From assembly GCF_001194135.2 (NCBI RefSeq), contig NC_068987.1, positions 27,777,809 to 27,841,808 on the forward strand: a DNA stretch of 64,000 bases, in the 5' to 3' direction. Below the pieces are notes generated by a model. The model saw only the letters and a program-made list of their open reading frames with translations, did not search any database and was not told the DNA's origin. Positions 53,282 to 64,000 of the stretch are shown here, in pieces (position 1 is the first letter of the stretch; every line of letters starts with the position of its first letter). Origin of the DNA: Octopus bimaculoides (lineage: Eukaryota). The position numbers and the translations under genes were made by a program.

Positions 53282-53517
53282 TATATATGTATATATATAT
53301 ATGTGTGTGTGTATATGTTTGTGTGTCTGTGTTTGTCCCCCCCCCCAACATCGCTTGACAACCGATGCTGGTGTGTTTACGACCGATAGAATAAGTACTA
53401 GGCTTACAAAGAATAAGTCCTGGGGGTCGATTTGCTCGACTAAAGGCGGTGCTCCAGCATGGCCACAGTCAAATGACTGAAACAAGTAAAAGAGTAAAGA
53501 GTAAAGAGTAAAGAGTG
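53282..53517 (+). mobile_element. 3' half of the octopus SINE (internal microsatellite to agtaaag tail), with an internal deletion of about 30 bp
   Basis: Matches 38995-39250 but lacks the tRNA head, and lacks gtccccgtaacttagcggttcggcaaaaga. Confidence 0.85.
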
Positions 53518-56500
53518 ATATAGTGCGATTCAACTGTATATCGCTGAAAGTTTCGTGAGTACTTTGAATGAACGCATCACGTTAGATTTCTGGAGGAGAA
53601 TAACACGTTTGCGAAAAGTTCAAGTCGGCTTCTAGATGTCATTCTTCCCTTTATCAGCATAAGTCACATGAGATTAATACAGTGTAAGCCACATCACTTA
53701 TTTTTTTATTCATAGACCCACGCGCTTAGACAAAATGTTAGCCGGAAGTTGGTGCCTTTTTAGCTATAATATGCATTGTACTATATTCGGCGACATCAAT
53801 TCATTGTATTTGGCATCACACATTGGTAAGGCAGTGTGTTCAACCGTTGCTCAGTAGTCTTTACGACAGTGGCTTTTACGTGGGTGTGTGAATATACGTT
53901 AACTCCCCAGTTCGCTATTTCTATGTTCTCCTGTATCATTCTTTCTCCTTCTACTTCTCTAATATAAATAAAACTAGATATGTATATATACGGTTATGTA
54001 CGTATCCACATTGTATAACATGTTATTTTCCAATCTACACTGAGATATCATTTCACTGACCCCAGTCAATGATTGGTTTGTGTATTTATTTAATTATGTG
54101 CGTGTGCCTGTCTCCGCGCCGTAAAGGAGCTGCGCTTTTATTCTGACTGAAGAAATGGACACATACCGAGGTATTGCTCATGAATATGATAACCTATCGA
54201 ATCTACTCGTACACACATATGCATGAGTGTATACATTATGCACTGCAAAGATGGTCAAAATATAAATTCGTTAATATAGTTTTATCTGTATTAGTAAAAA
54301 ATATTTTGCTGCGTTAAGAAACGAGTGAGGGCATGACTGTGTTGTTTAGAAACGCGCCAATACCTGGTTGTTCATTCTTTACATTCGCTTCGTAACTACT
54401 AGAGTTTAGGTTCGATTTCATTTCATGGAATATAGAGCAAGTGTCTTCTAACGTAGCCGCAGGTTGTCTGGAACTGTGTGAATAACACTTGGGAGATGGA
54501 AGCTGGGCGAAATGACACGGCATTGCTTTTAGCGATCTGCACGCTGATCTAAACATTTGGAATAAATCTCTATTCAGAAAATAGTCATTGGCTACTAAAA
54601 ATGTGATTGGACAAGTGAAACTGCATACTATTGTTTTCATTTTACTTTATTATTTAAATCAATTTCATCTTCATTCTATACTCTAAATATGCCTTGGTTA
54701 ACTTTAAATCCTCTTTGCCTCAACAGTCATTTACTTAGAAATATTTCAAAAAAAAAAACTCATTTGGAAACGCGTTGTTCTATATAAACATGAAAGACCT
54801 TGCATATTGTGTACTAAATTTTATCTTACAATAAATCCAGTTGCATATGTTGCTATTGTACAATTGTTATGTCTAATTACAGTCGTTTGCCTTATCTGAA
54901 ACGCTTTAAAATTTAAAGTATTGGCAAGTAAAGATTAGTAAACTTACGAGGAAATGTGAGCAAAGCCATATCATAATTAATGGCGTTCGCGATACTATCG
55001 ACAGATACATTTCTTATCCAGTTATTGTCAGTATCACTTCACGTGACAGCAGAGATATTTCGAAGCAATTTATTTTTCTTGTTTTTATATACTTTACATT
55101 GATTTGTTACAATGGTTACACAACGATGTATTTACTTTATCACGTGACATCCCGACCGAAGCATTCATGGGCCCCATATCAGATTTTCTTTCCACACTTA
55201 ATCAACTGTATTCTGCCAAATAGTTAATGCCTTTATTACCTACGTAAATTAGACATAAATGTGGAGATTTTATACGCTTCTTAGATGTGGGACTATATTA
55301 TATGGTTTTTCCCGGTACATTTTAAAAGACCAACAGAATCTTTCTCCAAATGCGTTTATCGATTATATATTTCAAAGTAGCTTTATGAGTTCGATTAGCG
55401 CTGTTTCATATATTTCGATCGCCTACCTCGTTGTAACTAAAGACGAATACAGAAAAATGGTGACAGTGATTCACATTATATGCTTACAATTTGTGGATGA
55501 CAAGCAAGCATACAGTAATTGGATTACCAACTACAGTATCAATTATAGTGACAACATGCAATCTTCATCTACCTTCAGCTTTATAGAGTAATACAGCATA
55601 GTCTAAATCTCTATTCAAAGTATCCGACCGTAGTTTCATAAAATCTTCATTGCATAAATCATCCGTGTCCTAAACACACCGGTAGAACACTTATTAGAGG
55701 AAGACTCTCTGCTATATCGTTTTACTTTATAAATCAGGTTATACTCTGAAAATTTAGTCCACCTACTTATGGAAAGATGAAAGCGTTTTTGATTTTCCAT
55801 GGTTACATGGAAAAAAGAAATTAACATTTTTACCTATAAGGAGTCACTAGACCAAACAGTTGATTTCATACTGCAAGAGAAAATTATTGAATAAATATTG
55901 AACATTACTGTCGAGCTATTCAGGATATCATTTCTATGAATATGATTGTGTGAAAGAATCTGGTCCTTAGCATAATTTAGGTTACATTAATATAAATTCA
56001 TTCTCCCAAGCGATGTTAGCCTTTTCGTAGTATGATGTATATATTATACGTTGAAACTAAATTTTGATTTCTATATCTTTCTGAATCCAAGTTCAAATAG
56101 ATTTTGAGAGAAACTTTAGATAGTTAACAACATTTAAGTGATACAATATCATATTATTCAGTAAATGATTCCTGGAGCCAAACTGAATTTAACATAAGTG
56201 CACAGCCATTCAACTTGAGGCAGGGTTTCGCTTATTATACTGATGTCTATATCAGAATGGATTTTACTTCATTGACACATGAAATAATGAAAAATGCTTT
56301 TAATGTTGGTCGAAATTAGATGCAAAACATTATAACAACACAGGACGTTCTGTCGTCGATCTTCGGATTTTGACAAATATCTGCCTTTCGTAATCCATTA
56401 GCGTTTGAGACAAATTAATATATTAACATGTAAACTGCAGTTAAAACTAATATGCATTTAACTATGTAAATATATTCAAAATGATTGAAATGTATACGTG

Positions 56501-56525
56501 GGTGTGTGTGTGTGTGTGTGTGTGT

Positions 56526-56564
<39 letters not shown>

Positions 56565-58187
56565 TGTGTGTGTGACTGAAACGTGTAAAATGGAGGTGAA
56601 GAATTACTCTTGCGACAATTTTTATATGTGGGCTTTGTATGCAGTATTTATCTTTTAAATTCTCGTTTGCACTAGAAAATATTGAAACAGCGCACTTTTT
56701 ATCATTAGTTAAAAACCATCATTACCACCAATTCTGTTCGTTACTTGTACATGTAATACACTTGACCGTATTATGAAATAAACTATTGTGACTGCATAAC
56801 TTTCTTTGAATTACTTTAAGGATTTTCGCTTGTCACATTGAAGTACTTTATTTTTCTTTAAAATTCCAAACTTGTTCATATAGGAATTTTTCTTGATGAA
56901 ATGCCTTTCCAAATTCCTTGCAACTCTTTTGTTAGTTGTACAATAAATGACTAATAAGGAATATCACACTAGTTTGTGTTTTTCGGTATTATGTTGACCA
57001 TGTCAGCTAACTTTCGTTCAACAATTGTTCCAGAAACAATTCTCTAATTTTTCGAAAAGCTACATTATCTAACACTTCACCTCTTATTGAAAAGGTGAAC
57101 CTACGTGTAGATATTCAATGTTTCTACTGTTTTGATTTCTGGCTGTTTATATCGAAGAACTATGTCGTATTAGCATTGTTTTTAATGTTTAATTTTAGTT
57201 CTTATTTGTTTTGTTTGTTCTATACGTCTTCAAATAATTTCTTGATTACTTTCGATGTAATTATTGTATATAGTATGGATGTTCATTAAAACTGGTATTA
57301 ATTTTCAATAAATTGGCTAGTATCACGGGAGACTTTTATTTTGGTGTGTTTGTATACATTGTCTAATGTAATTTCGATCTCTGCTTTTACTCGGACATTA
57401 GTGAAAAGATTTTTTAGATCAAAAGGTGGTGACGGTATTTATTCCCATTGCTTCCTCTAAAATATTTAGAAATTCTGCCGATGCATCACACAAAAACCAG
57501 AGACTGACACTATTAATACATTACAAAAACGGTAAAATCAAAAACATCCTTCACAGCAGCACACCATAAGCATATAAAACCAAGTTCAAGCTACAAATAA
57601 CCAATGCAATTTATGTATTGGACTGAAAATGTGTAAGATGTCAGCTTCATGGTATTAATCGTTACATTTACAGCGACACATGGAGCAACTACACGGCATT
57701 ATATCAAATACAATAAAACAATTCCTCTGGTTAACCGATCCACTGAACGTAATTAGTACAAAACAACGGTGCTGAATTTTGTTTTATTTCTAGATATATT
57801 AGGGAGTTTACACCTGTCTGTCTATATGTGTTAACTGTTCTAAAAACTTACACGGCAGTTTGTGTTGTTTTCATTTGACTAGCTAATTAAATATGCAGAT
57901 ATATAGATCGATAACATTAGTACCAAGCTAACTCGTATAACGCGCGCAACTTGATTAACTAGAATACAGAGATACCTCACTTTACGAGGACCTGCTTTAC
58001 AAGACCCTGGCTTTAAGAGTTTGCTATCCTATGTTTACGACTTTTCGTTTCACGAGCGTTCACCGGCAACGAATTACTGTACATGAAATGTGTGCCTTAG
58101 ATTAGCAATACTTTAATGAGTGAAAGCAGTAAACACATAACAGATTATAGCATGCATGAGTGAGTGTGTGTGTGCATGCTACACATG

Positions 58188-58239
<52 letters not shown>

Positions 58240-59139
58240 NNNNNNNNNNNNNNNNNNNNNNNNNNNNNNNNNNNNNNNNNNNNNNNNNNNNNNNNNNNNN
58301 NNNNNNNNNNNNNNNNNNNNNNNNNNNNNNNNNNNNNNNNNNNNNNNNNNNNNNNNNNNNNNNNNNNNNNNNNNNNNNNNNNNNNNNNNNNNNNNNNNNN
58401 NNNNNNNNNNNNNNNNNNNNNNNNNNNNNNNNNNNNNNNNNNNNNNNNNNNNNNNNNNNNNNNNNNNNNNNNNNNNNNNNNNNNNNNNNNNNNNNNNNNN
58501 NNNNNNNNNNNNNNNNNNNNNNNNNNNNNNNNNNNNNNNNNNNNNNNNNNNNNNNNNNNNNNNNNNNNNNNNNNNNNNNNNNNNNNNNNNNNNNNNNNNN
58601 NNNNNNNNNNNNNNNNNNNNNNNNNNNNNNNNNNNNNNNNNNNNNNNNNNNNNNNNNNNNNNNNNNNNNNNNNNNNNNNNNNNNNNNNNNNNNNNNNNNN
58701 NNNNNNNNNNNNNNNNNNNNNNNNNNNNNNNNNNNNNNNNNNNNNNNNNNNNNNNNNNNNNNNNNNNNNNNNNNNNNNNNNNNNNNNNNNNNNNNNNNNN
58801 NNNNNNNNNNNNNNNNNNNNNNNNNNNNNNNNNNNNNNNNNNNNNNNNNNNNNNNNNNNNNNNNNNNNNNNNNNNNNNNNNNNNNNNNNNNNNNNNNNNN
58901 NNNNNNNNNNNNNNNNNNNNNNNNNNNNNNNNNNNNNNNNNNNNNNNNNNNNNNNNNNNNNNNNNNNNNNNNNNNNNNNNNNNNNNNNNNNNNNNNNNNN
59001 NNNNNNNNNNNNNNNNNNNNNNNNNNNNNNNNNNNNNNNNNNNNNNNNNNNNNNNNNNNNNNNNNNNNNNNNNNNNNNNNNNNNNNNNNNNNNNNNNNNN
59101 NNNNNNNNNNNNNNNNNNNNNNNNNNNNNNNNNNNNNNN

Positions 59140-59501
59140 TACTTCTCTTCACCCCTACTCTTTCTCTCCTCTCTCTTACTCTCTCTCGCTCTCTTCTCTC
59201 GTACTCCCCCTCTCTCACTCTTACTTTCTACACTCTTACTCTCTTACTCTCTCACTCTCTTCTCTCTTTCCCTCTCTCTCACTCTCTTTCACTCTTACTC
59301 TCTACACTCTTACTATCTTACTCTCTCACCCTTACTCTCTCTTTCCCTCTCTCTCACTCTCTTATCTCTCACTCTCTTTCTCTTCCTCTCTTTCTCCCCC
59401 CATACCCACCTTCCCCCTCTCTCACATACACCTTCCCTCTCTTATACCCACCCTCTCTCCTCTCTTCCTCTATTTATCTCCCCTCCCATACTCACCTTCC
59501 C
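59140..59501. repeat. Complex CT-rich polypyrimidine tract between gaps
   Basis: Almost purely C/T with interspersed A (ctct, cact, ttac units). Confidence 0.9.
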
Positions 59502-59601
59502 NNNNNNNNNNNNNNNNNNNNNNNNNNNNNNNNNNNNNNNNNNNNNNNNNNNNNNNNNNNNNNNNNNNNNNNNNNNNNNNNNNNNNNNNNNNNNNNNNNN
59601 N

Positions 59602-59800
59602 TTATTATTATAGGAAGAAATTCAAAATCTTACAGCTGTTTCTGGGATATCATTGAGTACGGGATATTCTGTCATCAGAGACAAATTGGGAGAAAAATAT
59701 GGAAAATGAGAATGGTGTATATCAATTAGATGACAACATAGAGGAAGGGAGTAAAAGAATAAAGAGATGGAAAGAGAGAAGAAAAAAGACGCATAAAAGT
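59602..59800 (-). mobile_element. Penelope 3' end with hammerhead motif at 59628-59681
   Basis: Minus strand: TCT-CTGATGA-cagaatat..atatccca-GAA-ACAGCTGT-A-AGA. Confidence 0.6.
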
Positions 59801-60526
59801 TCATAGTTTAACTTTCCGAAGTTATAGAAACTAGAGCATGAGTGATTAGGTGTAATCTTGCGTTGATCCATGAGCGTAAGACTTTAGGTGGACTGAACAC
59901 TGAACTTTGATCTCTGAATTGTCAAAGAAAAAGGTTAAATCTCTCATTGGTATCCAAATAGAACCAACAACGTCTACAACTAATCACATGCATTCTAACC
60001 TACGTGCATTTTTTTTATAAGCCCTTAAAAATAACCCCACGAACTGAAGCTGATACGTACATCTGATGACAAAGTTATACATGCCTGTATAAATTTTGAA
60101 CAACACCAAACTTAATCAATAAAAATGTTCCATAAAATCTCTCCATCACAATCAACCCTACAACTTAATTATTATTGAACAGAGCTCCGCCAAACCCAGA
60201 AAATTTGAATTTAACAGAGACTATATAATACCAAGATTATTTCAATATATCATAAACCGATGACAGCTTAGCTCGCCAAAATTTGAAAACAGTCAATACG
60301 ATTCTGTTAAAGAATAATAAATTTGAACTCTACAAAATGTATTGTATAATCGTTCAATTTACTATAATTATTGTCAATGAAACCACATTGATACAATATA
60401 GGTGTATGTTTGTATGTTTGTATATACATATGCACACAGACTCCCCCACACACACTGTAGAATTGCGTGTCTGGCATATTTTATATGTGTGTGCGTATAT
60501 ATACACACATACATACACATATATAT

Positions 60527-60623
<97 letters not shown>

Positions 60624-60736
60624 CAAACATGCATACAATCATACAGCGTACGATGTTTAAATTGCCGTTGTTTTATATTTTTTTTATTTCGCGCGTTCTT
60701 ATTGTTTGTCTTTGATTTTATCGACTACACAGTATA

Positions 60737-61205
60737 GTAGAATCAGTTGGGCACCGTCTATGAGAAAAAGCGCTATTCACTCAAATTTGGAAATGACATG
60801 CTGTACTGCTTGGCATTCGCGCCGGAAGCTCCAATACAAGCATTTCAGAGTGTTTGCGTGTCAATCTGAGGAGGGTGCATGGGCCGAATGCGATAAAAAT
60901 CAACCATCCATTCAACATCATGGTGTAATCACTAGTGATGGCGACGTTATGCCTCCATTCATCTTCCCACACGGCCCCAGGCTCAACACGGGCGCTTACA
61001 TCAAGTACCTGGAGGAGGGTCAAGAGAGTGGCTGCTGCAAGACCCTATGTCTGGTAACAAGACTCTGCACAATGTCACACAAGTAGGAGGACTCAGTCAC
61101 GGTCGTCAGACAATTTCTGCAAGCACGTCATCCCTAACATCTGGCCACCTAACTGCCAAGACTGCAAAGCCCTTGATTATAATGTGTGGAGCGCAGTTGA
61201 GTTAG
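60737..61205 (+). mobile_element. Internally deleted Tc1-like transposase remnant
   Basis: AVLLGIRAGSSNTSISECLRVNLR (N-terminus); GVITSDGDVMPPFIFPHGPRLNTGAYIKYLEE; IWPPNCQDCKALDYNVWSAVE. Confidence 0.8.
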
Positions 61206-61608
61206 GACAAGGAGAACTCTTGTCACACCAATGCTCGGATAATGCTCGGCCACATACAGCGAGAATGACATTCCAAAGGTTGACGCAGTTTGAATGGAAA
61301 ACAATCCCCACCCATCATATTCTCTGGACATTGCCCCCATCTGATTACCATTTTTTCCGCAGTTTTCAAAATCATTTGGACGGAAAAATATATAAATCCT
61401 TTAGACAAGTTTAGAACAGTACTGGAGGAGTATTTTTCGTCACGGACAAATGAATTTTGGAAGAGGGGCCTTGCAAGTTACCAGAGAGATGGAAGAGCAT
61501 TGTCGAAAATGAAGGAGAGTATATTTTACATTAAAAAATAACTATGTACCTTAAATTTGAAAAATATAAGTATAAAAAGCCGCATTATTCATGGGATGAC
61601 CCAATATA
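61206..61608 (+). mobile_element. Mariner (DD34D-type) 3' end with right TIR
   Basis: DNARPHTARMT..FEWKTI.HPSYSLDIAPSDYHFFRSFQNHLDGK..EEYFSSRTNEFWKRG..ERWKSIVENEGEY. TIR ccgcattattcatgggatgacccaata+TA. Confidence 0.85.
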
Positions 61609-62635
61609 TGTAGAACTTTACTGTGTTCAAGGTGATATAACTTTTCACGTTTCCTTGTTGTTCCTTTCTAGTTGTCATAGGACAATGTTTTTCTACCTGT
61701 CAATGGACTATTAGCATTCAAAGACTTCAGCAGAATGCATACAACGTTTACAGCATGTTGTACTCTTCCGCTATAGAAGTTAGCAAAGAATCGTAAGAGC
61801 GAACATTGGATAACATCTACGATTGGTTAGATTTCATGGTTTATGTTATATGTGGCTATGTCTGTGTGCTGAATTTTTATCGGTAGTCAAGTATTAGTAA
61901 ACTTCTCATAGTTACACAATAAAATTACAGTAAAGTCTCCATAATCACACTTAGTTTTAGTGTAATGGTTTAGCATCAAGTAACTTCTTTCTATTTTTCA
62001 CCAGTCTACAGTATTCTAGTGAATTGTAACGGTTATTTATTGTAAATGCATGACCAATCGACGAAAGAAAATCGTTCTTCTGTGACCGATGCAACAGCTA
62101 GGGTGATGAAGATTTACATATCTACACTGGAATTTCTATATCACAGAATTCGACTGAAGTACGTCCCGTGATTTACCAGTTTGACGTTTCGTGTTTAAGT
62201 AGAGGTATATATTCATATATATAAATATATCCTTGGAGTTCAGTAAGATATCGCGTCGAGTTTTAGCATAGGTGAAATGTATGCTGAGTTCAATTTATAA
62301 CCATTTGACAGTTATATTCATCACCTGTAACGGGATATTGTTTACTTGCTACGTACGATAACTATGCTTTAATTAGTTCTGCATCATTAGAAAAGGGATT
62401 AATCCTTAACAAAATTAGTAAATTTCAATACAATCACATATTTTCTTTATGACATTATCGAATTTGAAATCTGTCTCATAATTACAGATACACTCTCACT
62501 CACTCACTCACTCTCTCTCACACACTCTCTCTCTCTCTCTCTTTCCCTCTCTCTCCCACTTACACTCACACAGTATTTCTCTAACCCTCGCTCTCTCTCT
62601 AACATACACAAAGTATCTCTCTCTCTCTCTCTCTC

Positions 62636-62671
<36 letters not shown>

Positions 62672-63384
62672 CATACACGCAGAGAAAGAGAATATAGAAT
62701 TATAGATAGATAGATATGGATGTAGTGCATCAAAAATCTCTAAGAACTACAGCGCAATCATGTGATGTCCAGTTTGATCCCATGTGATGTATCTGTGGTC
62801 GAAGCCTTTATAAATAGCCTTTTGTCTGCCCAAGTACGGTGAAAGCATTTAAGTGCAGTGTGAAGACCTATCGGATGGATTCAAAAGGTTAGCATAGTCA
62901 AATATTTCCCGTTGACCCAAGCAACTCAACTGGCAAAATAAACTAATCCTATGTTGAACCGGTGTCCGGTCCAGAATCTGGGAAACCGGGTTCAAGTCTC
63001 TTTAGACCATTGAAAACATAGAGACAGACCAGTGGAAACTCACATGTCTAAAAAGGAAACCTTAACATTTTTTGTGAAGTTTTGAATTTAAGCCTAGCCT
63101 CAACCGCAAGCGCGCGCTATCCGACACATCAGCACGCTGTACGCAATAGGCGCCCAATTTACCAGCCCAACTATAATATTATTTACCAATATTACTGATA
63201 TTATTCCCTTATAAAAAATATGAACTGACAGAATATTTTGCGCATTGGACAAAAATGTTTAATGGTATTTCTACATGTTCTTAAATAAGTGCAAATTCCG
63301 CTGGAGTTTAAAATCGACTTGTTTGCTCCTCTAAAACTTGCACGTCTTATGCCAACGTTACAAACTATTATTATTTACCGTCTT

Positions 63385-63535
63385 TAAAGCGGTGAGCCGG
63401 TAGAATTGCTAGCAACATGCTTAGCGGCATTTCCTGCATCTTTACGTTTTGTGTTCAGAGGTCGACTTTGCTTTTCACACTCGCAAAGTCGATAAAATAA
63501 GATTTAATCGACTTACCCCACCCCTCAAAATTGCT
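63385..63535 (+). mobile_element. Decayed SINE
   Basis: aaagcggtgagccggtagaat..atgcttagcggcattt..gaggtcgactttgc..aatcgacttacccc. Confidence 0.65.
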
Positions 63536-64000
63536 GAGCTTGTACCAAAATTTCAAATCATCATTTGCCGTCTTTCATGTAACACGTTATTTATTTGTGA
63601 GATATTTTTATAAACAGACATCGAGTGAGAACAGTTGTTTTCACAACTATCCTATAGCGTTACAGATGTTCTTAATTTCTAAAAATATACTTTATCAATT
63701 GTTTTCCTTTATTTTTTTTTTAATAACTAAAAGTAACTTTGCTTTCAAAATTTCTTATTCTGCTAGATAATTGCTTTTACTTTATTTGTTACTATTATCT
63801 GTCTGACACTCGCTGCTGCTGCTGGTGTTGCTGCTGCTATTTCTTCCCCCTTAAGCATTTTGTGTCAGCCCATCCCCCATTGTCTCTACTCTGTGTACAT
63901 GATAGATTCGCTTCTTTGAAGTCACTAATTCTTGCTTATGCTGTACTCTACAAGACCAGAAGTGCCCCAATTTAAGAGAAGGAAGGAAGAGGGAGTACAA

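Larger units (their letters stand above)
1..64000. repeat. Dense (TA)n, (CA/TG)n, (TATG/CATA)n, (CT)n, (GATA)n, (CAT)n and (TTATA)n microsatellites, many abutting N gaps
   Basis: Examples: 15545-15598, 15745-15832, 16525-16587, 18935-18972, 22890-22932, 27900-27965, 49530-49578, 56500-56575, 60530-60622. Confidence 0.98.

Noticed and set aside
850-60737. Many long ORFs in the track (CVCV, HTHT, YIYI, SLSL runs and X-filled ORFs)
   Set aside because: They are translations of microsatellites and N gaps, not genes.
62954-62995. Nested hairpin ttgaaccggt..ccaga a tctgg..accgggttcaa
   Set aside because: No CUGANGA core. It overlaps a box-B-like ggttcaagtc and is probably a SINE relic or chance.
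1-64000. CRISPR arrays, operons, bona fide tRNA genes
   Set aside because: No regularly spaced repeat-spacer array was seen. The tRNA-like boxes all belong to SINE heads.

Overview
AT-rich eukaryotic draft-assembly DNA with many N gaps and dense microsatellites. The SINE families and repeat landscape point to an octopod cephalopod (inference). Only one host coding exon is recognisable: 41346-41490 on the minus strand. It encodes a signal peptide plus WTGWWTYEGISG, the N-terminus of a carbonic-anhydrase-related protein (CARP, CA10/CA11-like). No later CARP exon was found, so 1-41345 is probably one intron of at least 41 kb. The rest is decayed mobile DNA: tRNA-derived SINEs, R4/Dong, RTE, RTE-BovB and possibly Tx1 LINE fragments, Penelope-like elements, Tc1/mariner and hAT remnants, and a Ty3/Gypsy 3' half with its LTR. 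The most unusual signals are: (1) a Penelope GIY-YIG nuclease whose two motifs are split by about 200 codons of low-complexity sequence; (2) a duplication-inversion with junction microhomology inside that element; (3) a palindrome with a hammerhead ribozyme core on each strand, plus several other hammerhead-like motifs; (4) a GC-rich, probably 28S-derived segment fused to half a SINE; (5) a diverged 86-bp direct repeat that keeps a cUUCGg hairpin. There are no CRISPR arrays or prokaryotic features. All family assignments come from reading and translating by eye, not from database searches.
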